Below are positions 38,253-51,915 of a stretch of DNA of 64,000 nucleotides, in pieces. The translations under genes were made by a program, and so were the position numbers. The notes below the pieces were generated by a model. That model worked only from the letters and a program-made list of their open reading frames with translations. It ran no database searches and was not told where the DNA came from. Location of the stretch: positions 62,868,001-62,932,000 of the forward strand of contig OX597820.1 in assembly GCA_951406725.2 (NCBI GenBank), read 5' to 3'. Every line of letters starts with the position of its first letter. The first letter of the stretch is position 1. Source of the DNA: Octopus vulgaris (lineage: Eukaryota).

Positions 38253-40349
38253 CATGCATATTATATAGTTTTATATTATATATATATGTATATAGTACAA
38301 TATTGCCTGAAGGGGTACCATATATTCGTGGAGTTAGTGCCAAGAAGAAGTATGAGAGTGTAAGCATAATAAGGACTACATGACACAGTAGGATGCGAAG
38401 AAGAGAGAGAGAGAGAGAGAGGGAGAGAGAGGGAGAGAGAGACGAGAGGGAGAGATACAGAAAGAAAGAGCATGAAGTACATAGATATATACCTACATAC
38501 ATGTGTGTATACAAATGCATTCACGCACGCATGCACACGACGTTGTAGAGAAGTTATATAAAGAGGGAGATATAGAAAGAGAAAAAGAAGGAAAGAGAGA
38601 GAGAAAGAGAGAGAGTTATAGAGACGTTGAATTTTAAGAGATACATTTCGAGAAAGAATGTGTAGGCTGGTATATATGCAAAGACTGGGGGAAAGCGAAT
38701 GATAAGATGCGGAAGGACAGAATTAGAGACAGTAAGAGGTGATGGACGAAATATTGAGAGAGTGAAACTGTAAACTAAACAAAGAATTTTATTGATGAAA
38801 CAAAAAAAGAAGAAATATTCAAGTTACAATTTAAGGAAAGATAACCTTTGGTTGTAATTGTCAGAAGATATGTAGAGGTAAAATGATCGAAACGATGTAT
38901 ATTGCTGCTGGCAAGTGGATCGTGAGTTCAAATTACTTGAGGTGTTTCATTTTTTTTTTTTTTTTCGGTGACAATTCTGCATTACACAAACTTTTCTCAA
39001 TTCTTCATATGCTGTCTTCCGGCAAAGGTCGCTTACTTGACATTATTACTCCATCGCACCTTCTGGAAATAAAAGCTGCATTTCCTCATATTCTTACATA
39101 ATCCCTGCTTAACCAGAAAAAAAATCAAAAGAAAAATACAAAGGATATGCTGAGCAAGGTAGTTCCTGACATATAAAAAGACGTTATGGTTACGGTTGGA
39201 AAGTCTTTTGTCATATTTCTTCTCATTGCTATCTGTTGTGGTACCACTCAATAATAACAACATCAGTAGAGCGCTTCTATATCATTGCTCAAAGTGGTAA
39301 AACATGGTTAGAATACATCTTCTATAAAAACTCTTATTCTCTTACAATTGACGCAAACATTCCTTAATTTTACTCTGAACACTTATGACTGAAAATAAAA
39401 GATGGGCTGGTCATGGCTGGAATACATTTGATGTCAGATCTCCTTAGACTTGAACTGACGTAAACTACATTAACATGAGACAGCTTCATGTAGCTCATGA
39501 AGGTTGGAAGTGCTTTCATCCATTATCTGAATAAAAAATATAACGGTGAGGTTTGCAATATTTTTGACCATGTATCTTATTGATTCCTTTAATTAAGAAA
39601 GATAATTACATTAGGAAATAGTTTTAAATAGGGGATACAACAGAATTAAATAACGATTAGTTATTGATGCTGCCGTCATTCAGCGAATTTATATTGTACT
39701 TGAACAGTTCTATGATCAGAAGTATTCTGTCCATAAATACTTATCTCAGAAGTGTCTGTTTAGAAGTATGTAGAAAAGCATTATCAAACAGAGCCGGGTC
39801 AGTCTATGCTTCAAACGATAAAGTGTGACTTGAGTAATGTTTCGCTTCCATTTATAGTATGTCAAGTTATCACGAAGAGGACAATTCCTTATCACAGTTA
39901 CATAATGTTTCCTTGCTAAAGACAAAGTTGAACCCAGATCGTCAAATTACGAACGTATTGCAATGTACTATATTTAGCCCTGTTGTCGACATTTTGAGCT
40001 CATTTAGCAACACCCCTACTAGCCATAAGTATATATCCAGGTATTGTGACATGAACTGATAATTTGCGAGATGTGTGGTCCCAATTTTAAAGAAAAAAAC
40101 AAGGCTGCAAAATATATTCGTTTATATTACTATTTATTAATGAGCACGCTATGCGGATAGATATGCTCCTTTGATATTTTGTTGATCAGAGGTATCAGGC
40201 AAAAGCGTAAAAGCCCTATTAATTATATCCACTCTAGCATTTATTTTATCTACTGACAATGATTATATTGAGACTCGAGGGATGAAACCTAAAGTTGGAT
40301 TCGATAGTATTTGTATCCACGATGTAAAGCACTTATACTAAAAGTATCA

Positions 40350-42495
40350 ATGCAGTTGAACAAAATTTTGAGGGTTATATCAATTCACCGGACCAAAGTA
40401 CGGTAATAAGATAATAAAACAGCATGACACTAATTTTTTAGCAAACACTAATTCAGGTGATATTGGTAATCTTATGGTACTCTTTATGAATATAAAATCT
40501 TGTTTGCTCGATCAAATCAACATAGTGATCTATAAATACCGCGCATATACTAAATTTCCAAAACAAAAAAGTGACTAATATTGTAAAACATTGCTTGTAA
40601 GTAGTTAATGTATTAAACTACATTTAGTCACTATTGAATAAAACTATACACTTAGAAGAAATTTACTACAAAAATTTACAGTATTGATTTCAATATCAAG
40701 GACAGTAGCATGAAGTTCAAGAAAAGTGAAGCCAATAAAAATTTACCCTCATGTACGGATCGGTTCACACTTGGTACCTTGTTTCAATATTATTGATCAC
40801 ATGATGAAATCTTTCACCATGCTCATGACAGATCTTTCCCAAATCCAAAGGAAATAAATCTAAATAGATATTTATGGACGTTTTAACCCTTTGTGTATCG
40901 AATGAATCCGGAAGGTTATCTATGTTTGCCTTGTAATTCGGGATCCGGCTCTGTTAGACAAAGATTTTTACTGTCTTTAATGCTGCGTCATAAAACCGTC
41001 GTTCAACGTCATTCAACGAATCTCTGAACACCTGATTTTTCATCGATTTTCTTTAATCTTTACTTCGCTTAATCGAGAACAGATATCTTTCAGCAACTTG
41101 ATTCTTTGCCCCTCAGGAGCCAGTAACTTCATAAAATATTTGAAGATTAGATTCTAAGTTTAATATATAACGATGGTTCCAAAATTAACTCATGCGAAAC
41201 TAGTGGTACATATAGAACGTTTTTATTTCCTGGTTTCCGTTTATGCCGTGCTGATCAATTTTGCCGATTATAGTGCTCATTTCGATCTGTCTGTCTCACA
41301 CGAACAAGAAGCAGCACATCATGGTGTAGACCTTTTGTATTTCAGTTAAAAAAACAAAAAACATGATCTTCGAGATACTTTCAGTTTCCGCATGAAATCA
41401 TCATACCTGACCATGGAAAGTAACATCTTGACAGTGTTGTATGACTCTTTTACCTTCCTCGAATAACCCACAAGTCTACCTGTGTACTCATTCCGGCCAA
41501 ACACAAGGAGCGTCTTTAAACTGGAAACGCTGTTGTCAATGAATAACCATCAATATGTCTTGACATCAGAAGCAATTTCCAATATCATTATCTAACTAGT
41601 AATAAACCAAACCCAGTTCATCATATTAGTGCAAAATACAACAAACATCTTCTTGTTTCGATTCCTTGAGCTAAGCCACCAAATTCTCTGAACAGTGTTC
41701 CACCAGGTAAGTATCAGTCTTGGAAAATCCCAACATTCGAACAAAATTATCCAGCTTTTCTTGACTTATTTTAGCGCATGATTGAGGAATATCAGAATCT
41801 TTATCCTCCAGTTAATCTTCACATTTAGTTTCTTAATCAGAATCATCATCTGACTAACTCAATGGTTGATTGCTTGGCATAGGAGGAATTTTATCTTCAT
41901 ATGATTGAGGTCTTATGGCAGATGGCAAATTAGGACACATGATATACGTTGCAGTATTTTTTTTTATTAAACTCTTCAAAATTAGTAATGCAAAAGTAGC
42001 AATGTTTATTTCGTTCTCACCCTGCCATTGGTGTGGCAAATGAATTTTCGTCACGTTGTCTCCTCTGGGCCACAAGGAAAGCCTATTATTGCGACCTTTT
42101 TGCATACAATATGTGTGGTGTAAAAGATTTATCTTGGTCTCCAAATTTCATCTTGAGGTAATCCTTGTATCTTGCTTGTACGAGAGGCATCATGTTTCTC
42201 CTACATTCTTTAAATGCATACTCTCAACATATGTAGCAAAAGTGATCTTAGTCATAGTGACTGGCATGGCTTGAAGCTAGGCAAATTGAAGAAATAAAAG
42301 ATCAACAGTTCACGAGTAAACAAAGCAATAACCAGTATAATATAAGTCACATCTGAAACGTATTCAAATCAAAGTGTTAAAGATAACGACCTAATCTAAT
42401 ATGTATTGTATATATTTTTACAACGATCTCATAAAAATCATCCCTTGAAAATTATCCCGTGAAAACGAAACCTTATTCATTTTGTCATGTAGTGT
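40350..42495 (-). mobile_element. Fossil Chapaev3-like (CMC superfamily) DNA transposon
   Basis: Minus-strand pieces across frameshifts: DHFCYIC...YKDYLKMKFGDQDKSFTPH, CPNLPSAIRP, SQEKLDNFVRMLGFSK, WLFIDNSVSSLK, PGNKNVLYVPLV...LYIKL, SEVKIKE, LDLFPLDLG...EHGERFH...ETRYQ. Termini approximate. Confidence 0.75.
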
Positions 42496-43423
42496 AATTA
42501 GCGATAAAATAAGGATTTTTTTTTTTATTGACAGAGATTTGAACATGAAACATCGAAGAAAATATCTGAATGTTGGGAGATATTTCGTTCAGTGCTTTCC
42601 CTGCCATTACGACGCCTCTCTCTACTGGAAAGAAACAGTGTAGAAAACAATTGAGAAAGGTCTTTAGGTCTCAGATTAATCAAATATCTCGTGTTAATAC
42701 AGCAAGAACACATGAATTGTGGTTGGTTCCTTCCTTTCTTCCTGCAAATCGCAAAGGTTATGAGCGCGGAACTACATCTTCTGACTTAACTATAAACATG
42801 ATGATATTGTTTCCTGGAAGAGTGAATAACATGACGCGGCTTAGAAATTAATTTGCTTTACCAACATTGTATTACATTCGCTAGATGGCTTTCCTAATCC
42901 GTTGCCCAGTAAACTACAAAAATCTAGCTGTTGGAAGTGTTCAATGGCCTCCTTTACAAGTTGTAGTCATTAGAGCTTTGTTATTCATGCTATCATTATT
43001 CGATCCTGATCTTTGCATTCTGTGTTCAAATTTCACGAGTTTGACTTCCTTTCTTTTATCTTTTCAGGGATCCCATAGTTTAAAACACCATTTCACTAAT
43101 AAAGATTACTGGTATTGTTAAAACGCCGGGAAAGAAAGATAGTGTATCTGCGTTCTGATTTCAAACTCCATGTAGAAATTTCAATACTCCTCGATAGATA
43201 GGGTTAATCACTCAACTAGAGACTATATTTGACATTGTACGATGTGGAAGAGAATTTGGAGTCCATTCGGCTACAACCAAACCATGTTTCAAATCTGAAG
43301 GTAACCCAATGTATCTCTGAATTATTACTACTGCAGTAACGAACAGGCAACAACATTTGCATACCTCGCAAGAGTCCTAAGCACTGACGTTCCCTCTAAG
43401 AGTATGTCATAAGATATTGCGAT

Positions 43424-43424
<1 letters not shown>

Positions 43425-43470
<46 letters not shown>

Positions 43471-43632
43471 CGGCGGAGTTCTTTCAGTTTCCGTCTACCA
43501 AATCCACTCACAAGGTTTTGGTCGGCTCGAGGTTACAGTAGAAGATACTCGCCCAAGGTGCCACGCAGTGGGACTGAACCCGGACCCATGTGGCTGGGAA
43601 GTAAGCTTCTTACCACACAGCCACACCTGCAC
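43425..43632 (-). mobile_element. SINE family A, 5' half
   Basis: tctttcagtttccgtctaccaaatccactcacaagg...ccacgcagtgggactgaacccgg...taccacacagccac. Confidence 0.88.
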
Positions 43633-44077
43633 CTGTTACATCAAAGATATAATTATCATCATAGTTATCTTTTGGATTATTGGCAGCTATTTCAACCAGG
43701 CAACGAAGAGGCATTCTCGTGACGTAACAATAGCGTGTTTTATTTCAAAACGATTTACAAGACGCCGTTCCCTTTTCTGTATATTGTATTAAAAGTAACC
43801 AAGCTTGACTCGGCTTTCCCGTAGTGACCTTCTACTTTAGCTGTTGGGAAAAGTGTATCTAGGACCACAGTACCTAAAGTATTTAATTTATTGTAAAGAA
43901 TATATTTGAAGAAAAATTATCTATTAACGAAGTATTTATGATTCAGAAACTCAGTCTTGTTATGGGAGTACTCTTCTAACTACTATTCTACCTCTGTCTG
44001 TCTGTCTGTCTCTCACCCCCTCTGTCTCACTCTGCACACACATACATACGCACACACACACAAACACATACACACAC

Positions 44078-44113
<36 letters not shown>

Positions 44114-45849
44114 GGAGAGAGAAAAATTACACGCACTCTTCTTCTTCATTGTGTTTACACAACAGCAGGGGATAAACATCTACGTCATTTTTTCTATGTA
44201 GTCTCCTTCTTTTTCGATGCACTTGGTTCACGCATCCAGATGATTGCGCATTCCATCTAAGAATAATATTACGAAACGATAATAATTATGAAACTATAAT
44301 ACTTATCAAAAACACAAAGTAAACACATGCGCATTTAACACCATTTTATACATCAAGAATCGAAACCGAATGTCCTCAACCAACGTGCTTTACCATGCTT
44401 TCCACTCAACCAAAATATCGAGACTTATTCAATCAGTTGAATGTTAGAATGAAACTAAATTGTCTCCTCGTTTGAAAGATATTTCAAGGGTTCCATTATT
44501 TAACCAATTGTACATATTCGCGTTGACTCTGTCAGATAGAAACAGCAGCTAAGTCTCCTTCACATACACTACCATTTTAAAAAAATGGTTGCATAGTATA
44601 AGTTATATATGCATCATTAGCGTAAAGTAGGAGAAATAGTCAAAGATGATATCGACAAATCTAATTACAAATGCGTTCGATTGGAACTGACTTGTGTATT
44701 AGCAATAGTACGTGCTGCTATTTGAATTAAATGCTTTTATTCGCTTTTGACAGCAAACAATATCATAATCCGTTAAGAAATCATTTCCCTTTCTTCCATG
44801 AAATATAAGACCCCAGCAACCATGGATAAAGCAACCACTCTATAAATGATTGTAATCAGAAAAGAGCAGGTTACGTATATCATTACTTTTGTCAGCCTGA
44901 CATGACTGAGCAAGCCTACAAGCAAATGCTTGAAAAATATCACTTCTCTTTATTGTCTACTTGTATCCTTCTCGTTTTAAGATGGTAAGTTAAATTTGGA
45001 GTGGATATTTCAGAAAAGAATATCTCCCATTGAACTATGGCTGTTTTTCAAACGGTTGTAAAGAATCGTCTACAATAAAAATATAAAAGATACGAGTGTA
45101 AAGTTCAGTTCTTCATGTATTTTGCACCCTTCAGCTTTTAATTTTCATCAACTGAATTTCATTTAAAGGAACTGCGAGTTGAATTTCTGGTTTTCTCTGC
45201 ATATATTTGATTATTACGATATCTTGAGAAAAATATCCTAGTTATGGCTAAACTCTGAGGAAGAAAAATAACGTTTGATGTCATTTTACGTAATGTAAAC
45301 TTGCTGAAAATTTTGCATAGAAGTACTTCAGACTTCAAGAAATCTAATTTTCAAGTAATGTTTCCATCTGTTAAAAGAAGGGCTTCATATTTTCCTTCCT
45401 CTAAAGCTACACTTTATATCTCTCCCCCAGAATTAATTAAACGCTTTTGATGTCATCAGATAAAACGACTTCTTCATATTTGGCTTCTTTACATGTCATA
45501 CTTCCTAACTTAGTCATTGGATATTTAAACACACCCAACAAATAACCTTCAGATTTTCTTGAGAGTTAATTTGACATGAGGCGCTGGGAATAGAATGTCA
45601 TCTAATTTCACTATATTCTATTGCTGTATAACGTATAACACAACAATACGCTACTGTTTTTTAGAGTCACACCTTCCTTTCTTATATAAAGTTCCATTCA
45701 TCATACGTGGTTTCAAAGAGAACTGTCGAAGTAAACTATACACACACACACATACACAGAGACACACACGCTAACACATGAATGTATATATGTATTTATA
45801 TATTCATAGTCCACCAATATATATATATATATATATATATGCGTGTGCG

Positions 45850-45893
<44 letters not shown>

Positions 45894-46412
45894 GACGGAT
45901 GTTTTTGAAGAATTCACAAAATCATTAATTCTAGCTGCAAACAACTTTTATTGACATCAATGTGTTTGTAATTGAATTAGCATTTGTCAAAATCCTGTAT
46001 GGAAACCAACATACATCATGTGGTGTTCGTTTTCTGAAGTTCGTCTCTACAGCATTGCTCTGTACGTAGTATCATGCTTTCCACTCTGGCTCAATAGCCA
46101 GTGTCCACAGCTCCATGGCTCCACCTGAACAGAAAACAAAATGCTAAGACACCACGGACCGAATAGTACCTGTCGAACACGTGTCTCTCCGCTTGGGGTT
46201 GAATAATAGGTTAGTAAAAAGAGACACAAATAAGAAAGAAGAAAACAAAGGACCACTGATGCGGTCACAGGAGTGTGACGAAAGAATTCTGGTCGAAATA
46301 AGATTAAGATTAATTTAAAAAATAAATAACACTGAAGCAAAGTAACACCAAATATATAGTACGTGTGATTTTATTGGCTAAACTGGCAAAATGACCATTC
46401 CCAAATATAAAG

Positions 46413-46458
<46 letters not shown>

Positions 46459-46891
46459 CAATTTAGAAATATGTATGTACGAATGTATGATTTTATCCTT
46501 AATTCTATAAAGTAAATTTGAGGTCATCTTAGCTTTATATAGAGTCTTGGCTTCATGTAGTCTCTGATTTTTTTTCTGTGGCTTATGGAGCTATACTAAA
46601 TGATGATTAAGTTGTATGGAGAATTCTGACGGGAAATTATTGTAAAAGAATTGACCGTTTAAAATTAGATTTGTGTTATTGTCTATTGTTGAATCAAGCG
46701 TTTGGGAATGTGACATTTTATTCAGGTGTACTTGTAGGTGTATCAGATTGGGGTCATGCTGTTTGAACTTAAAGATTTAGTTCTTTCGTATTTTAAGGCT
46801 ACTAAAAATGTGAGTAGATGTAATAGAAAACAATATATTTATCATATTACAAGTACCATTACAAAAAAAAAAATTACATTGAAGGTGAATA

Positions 46892-46933
<42 letters not shown>

Positions 46934-47391
46934 GCAAACCTACCTGAAAGCCAGAGGTTAAATTTTCGGAAGAGCAATCAAATAGCATCAACAACAATTA
47001 CACGGCAGTTCGAAATCGCCAGACCAAGTACTTTGCAAGTAACGTAACGCTGGAAAACCAAATTCAAAATTAAATTAAGAGATTAAATAATATTTGTTCA
47101 ATTATTCATTAAAGTTTAAGATTATTAAAGTTTTCTTATTCCTTGCTACATATGTTCATTTATCTCTGGACCACATTATAATACGATACAAATTATTGAG
47201 CTCATAAACCCTTATGCCATATAATGTAAGAGTAATACTTATACAGTACTTTCCCTAAGCGTCGTGCATTTCTATGTAGAGCTAGAATGATTCAACGTAT
47301 CCGGACGAGGATAAACGTTTATCTTCCTGTTTCAAAGTAGTGAATAAATTTAGTGATATATATATATATATATATAAAATAATAAATAAAT

Positions 47392-47636
47392 GCGCTCTTT
47401 TAAAGCCTAGCCAAGCTCATGGGCCCGGTTTCCTGGTTTCTATGGCGAATGTGTTCCCCAGCTGGACGGGACGCAAGTCCATTTCAGGTGTACTCATTTT
47501 TGCCAGCTGATTGAACTGGAGCAACGTGAAAAGAAGTGTTTTGTTCAAGAATTCAATGCCACGCCCGGTCCAGGAATCGAAACCACAATCTTACGATCGT
47601 GGTGTTGACACCCTAACCACTAAGCCACGCGCCTCC
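47392..47636 (-). mobile_element. CORE-type SINE, alternative-tail subfamily B'
   Basis: Head gcgcgtggcttagtggttagggtg...gtttcgattcctggacc and CORE as in family B, but tail ccatagaaaccaggaaaccgggcccatgagc...ggctttaaaag as at 53700-53750. Confidence 0.82.
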
Positions 47637-47691
47637 ACATATATAGATATATATATCTATATATGTGCATACACACACACACACACACACG

Positions 47692-47796
<105 letters not shown>

Positions 47797-48179
47797 TACT
47801 GAACGGGAAACGCAGTTTTAACAACGTACATGTTCGGAAAGAAAAGCATTAAATAAACGTTGGACCTCGAATTTGGATATCGAACAAGAAATTCACTTGT
47901 GGTTATGAATTTATAAAAAAATAATTGTTCGTGCGTAATTTCATTTTCAGTATTGTGTCACAGTATGAAAACACCTTTAGTGGTTTTGGGTCGTCCTTCA
48001 TCAGATTCATTAAATTAATGAAAGAACCAAAAACAACTTGACGTACACATGATTGAATATCTCTGCTATTTGTGTTCAGAAATAAAATTTAAATGTGTGT
48101 TACAGATGCACATAATCACAGTCTAATACTTCGCCTGCGACGCCTACAAATTGTCAGAAGTAAATCAATGTATGCCTAG

Positions 48180-49330
48180 GATATGTCAACGCTAAAGTTA
48201 TATTTTCTGATGTAAGAAACAAATGATACGTCTTATGTCATCAAGGGTCACCCTGAAGCTAATTACTAATGTCATAAAAACATCTACAAAAACCGTGTCA
48301 TCCAACAAATGTTAACTTTCTAACATTTCAATTCAATTGTTATTGATTCTATGCTCTTAAGCTAAAGGAAATTTAGTACACTATCGAATATTTGCACTAG
48401 TTGGCACAGAATGTTGCCCATGGGAAGCCATCGAAATTCTGTATCAAGGAGTAATTTGTCAAATTCTACTTTGTTTTCGGCACTCATTCGTTAAAATGTT
48501 CGATCAAATTCTGCTGCAATTTTGATATGATTGATTATCTTCACAGGAATCAGGAGTAATTGATGCTTGTCTGGATGGAGGTATTTTGTTGCAATGAATC
48601 GATCACCGAATCGCAGTGATATATGTTGCTTATTTATTTTTTTGAATATGATATGTGTGTCTGATATCAACCAACAATAACGTAAGCTCCACAGTTGCAC
48701 AAAAAAAAAATAATTTTATTAATGGGAATATTTTTTTCAGAAACTAAACAACTATTTATTGAGACAAAGATAGATTGACTCTATGCATCACTCTCCTGCT
48801 TTTCGTTAAAATATCATCTCTTCCTCAAATGCATCATAATCATATATAGCCACCAGGAAAACCACAATATCATCAACATTTGGTTCATCCAGATGTAAGG
48901 ATATCGCTGTTCTCGAAGCTTTTCAATTACTTGATATTTTACGTCATCTAACGCGCTATCGATCTGAATTATCGTAGTTTCTGTATATAACTGTATAATT
49001 ATACCTCGCAGCTTGTATCGCATCTATAAAACTATATTCATTACGCACCAACGATTTGATCCTAGTGGGCCATTCTGCTTCTGATGATCGTTACTATTAT
49101 ATGACAAATCGGTTGTTATGGGCAAACATCACCATGACTTTGTTATAGTTTTATTTTTGTTTCCTCTTTTTTTCCTTGGGTATCTAAAGATATTCAAACT
49201 GCTTTATTTTTGAGTGATTGGGAACTCTGGTATGGTGGTCACACAAAATGGCTTGCTTGAAAGATACATTTAAAATATTTGCTTACAAATAAGACACTTT
49301 AGGAGACGAGGGTTGAATAAATCCTAATTG
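48180..49330 (-). mobile_element. Fossil hAT transposase (Buster/Charlie-like)
   Basis: Minus-strand pieces CLICKQ (BED-like), IDSALDDVKYQVIEKL, LHLDE, EKNIPINKI, VKIINHIK...DRTF, EFDKLLLDTEFRWLPMGNIL (HTEVRWLSxG motif); many stops and frameshifts. Confidence 0.75.
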
Positions 49331-49688
49331 AATGTAATAAAAAGGTAAAAAATTGTTAAAGATGTTACAGGAAGATGCTATTGAAGAACAATAAACATTG
49401 GTCAACTTTAGATATTAAAAAAAATGTGAAAAGTGAAGATATGAATAATTTAACTCTCATTTCTGGTATAGCAATTGTGTATGCGCTATAGTTGTAGTTT
49501 AGGAGTGTAATACATTCATCAATTTCCATATCGCTGGTATAACCTATTTGTGTAAAATTGCAAATGACTGTCACTTGTAATTTTTGTGAAATGATCAGTT
49601 AGTGATGACAGTTTTATGGTTTGTTATATCAATGTGTAAATAAGAAACAAATAAGATAAGCAGAACGCTCGTCAGTTGTTCCAGCTAC

Positions 49689-50032
49689 GTCCGATACCGC
49701 CCACATTTCACTCTCAGATGCAGCCAGAGAAAGGCATTCTGGTAGAATCTGCTACCCTGGTTGTTTGACCACAGACCTAATGTAACTTTCTTCCTTTTTT
49801 CAGTTTGCTAGTACCATATGTGAGTGATTTCGTTGCATTGCCAATTATACCAATGTACAAATAAATAACAATGACAAGTCGAACACCGATTTCTCCACCG
49901 AAGTCCGGCGCCGCCCACATTTCACCCTCAGAGGCAAATTAACAAATGCAGCCTACCAAAGGCATTCTGGCAGATCCTACTACTCTGGTTGTTGACCACC
50001 GACCTAATGTAACTTCCTTCCATTTTTTAAGT
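49689..50032. repeat. Imperfect direct duplication of about 120 bp
   Basis: ccgcccacatttcac...aaaggcattctgg...ctggttgtt...gaccac-gacctaatgtaactt occurs at 49689-49805 and 49903-50032. Confidence 0.85.
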
Positions 50033-51009
50033 TATTATAACACTGTATTCGAATAATTTGGTAAATATTCACAGTGGATCTATATAACGTGAAAGATATT
50101 CTCTGGTTTAATTTGTAGACGATTTGTTATTGAAAAATAAGTAAACAACTTATAAAATGGGATTGTCATGCGAATTAGTTTCACCTCATTGATAAGAAAA
50201 TTTGCTTCAATGCAAGAAATAACGGAACAGTCTAAGTGATTGCTCCACTTTCTTGTACTTGTAACCGAATTTTTAACTTGTACTTTACTATTTCTATAGA
50301 AAGGACGCACACACTGATGGAAACGTCATTTCTGAATCGTTCAGGATTTTTCTGGATTTACATGCCGAGACCAATCCACCAGTTATACAAAATATTCTAA
50401 CAGTTACTGTGAACCTATTTAAGTAGGCAAAGCAGAAACTAGTGTGCTTTACAGGAGGAAAAGGAAACGAGAATAGGAAAGTCATTTTGGACGAATATGA
50501 TTAGAACTTACTTCTCTTGGCGTCACAATTGTTTTTTTTTGGGTTTTTTTGTCATATTTTAGAAAACAAAATTTGAGTGAATTTTAACTTTTGTTCCCGT
50601 TTGCCCAATGTACCACAATCTCAAACATTCATATGACACATAATCAATAGTAGTTGTGCGAAATCCAAAATACGAGGATAAAACAAAAACGGCAGTATTT
50701 GAATTCAAAACGTGGTTTAGAGGGAATACTTATCGGAAACAAGGAAATATACTTTAACAAGTTGTACTACATTTCTGCAGTTTCAAGCGATTATGGTGCC
50801 TTAAATATTAATTCCTAACACAAACAAAATTTTGTAGTTAACAGGAACGAAATAGATTAGTTGAACTTCTTTAGTTGAATGCTTCTTGCTTTAGTACCCA
50901 AAAAATGTAAGACATCGATTTTGGTGGGATTCGAACTTACAACTTAAAATACAGTAATTCATGCAATAGTTTAGCGACTTTGCCAATCCATTGATTTGCA
51001 TTTCCGAAC

Positions 51010-51915
51010 TAGGTGCATTGAAAAATATCCGAATTCATTTCCTCCCACGAAACCTAAAATAGCGTGGGCAAAACCTATGATTGGGATGTGACACCATCAG
51101 TCTTGCACATGAGTGAACATTTTCGCACCCGTAGGCCGCGTCAGTTCCTGTCGGTTACGTCTAGAATACAGACGTGTAGTGTGCGCTCGTTGGATTTTAA
51201 ATTTTCACCGAACGCATCGAGCAGAGATATTGCATCAATGTTTGTTAAAAGATCGGTAATACTCAAGCGCAAAGCATCCAGATAAATCAACAGGCCTTTG
51301 GCAATGATGCAATGGGTAAAACACAGATCAACGTGTGGCACCTCTGTTTCACACATGACTGCACCTCGGTGAAGAGCGGGGCGTGCTCAATTAGACCATC
51401 CACAAGCTGAAACAAGGAACCGATTGAAAACGATCGGTGAATAGTCGTGGAAGAGCGTCGTGTGATAATCCAGGAAATTGCTCACAAATTAGGAATAAGC
51501 ACGGGATCAGAGCATTCCATTTTAACGGAGAATTTGTGCATGCGGAGAATGTTGACGAAATTCGTCCCCAAGTTACTGGCAAAGCATCAGAAAGAACTCC
51601 GCAGGGAATTCCTTCACCACAAGCTGAACCCTGCAAACCACGATCCAGACTTCCAGAGGACCATCAGCATTGGTGAAAGTTCATGGTCTCTGCTTGATGC
51701 GTTCGGTCATCTTGCGTGAAAACGAAAATCCGACGAACGGGCACTACACGTCTGTAGTCTAGGTATAACAGCTTGGAACTGACACGGCCTACCAATAAGA
51801 AAATGTTTGATCATACGCAGGGAGGATGGCGTCACCTCCCATCGAAGCATTTTTCCGCGCGCCATTAATTTTGGCGGGAAAAATAAAGTCGGATGATCTT
51901 TGAACGCACTTCGTA
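51010..51915 (+). mobile_element. Non-autonomous mariner with about 200-bp inverted termini
   Basis: 51012-51208 is the diverged reverse complement of 51716-51910; the interior encodes a mariner N-terminus (EQRYCI...AFG...RPST...RRVIIQEIAHKLGIS.GS.HSILTENL.MRR..KFVPKLL). Confidence 0.82.

Noticed and set aside
44880-45600. Minus-strand ENLKVICWVC, reminiscent of a transposase zinc finger
   Set aside because: Too decayed; no further motifs confirmed.
47965-48012. Minus-strand CTGATGAAGGACGACCCAAAAC hammerhead-like motif
   Set aside because: GAAA is AAAA and the triplet is not NUH; at best a dead copy.
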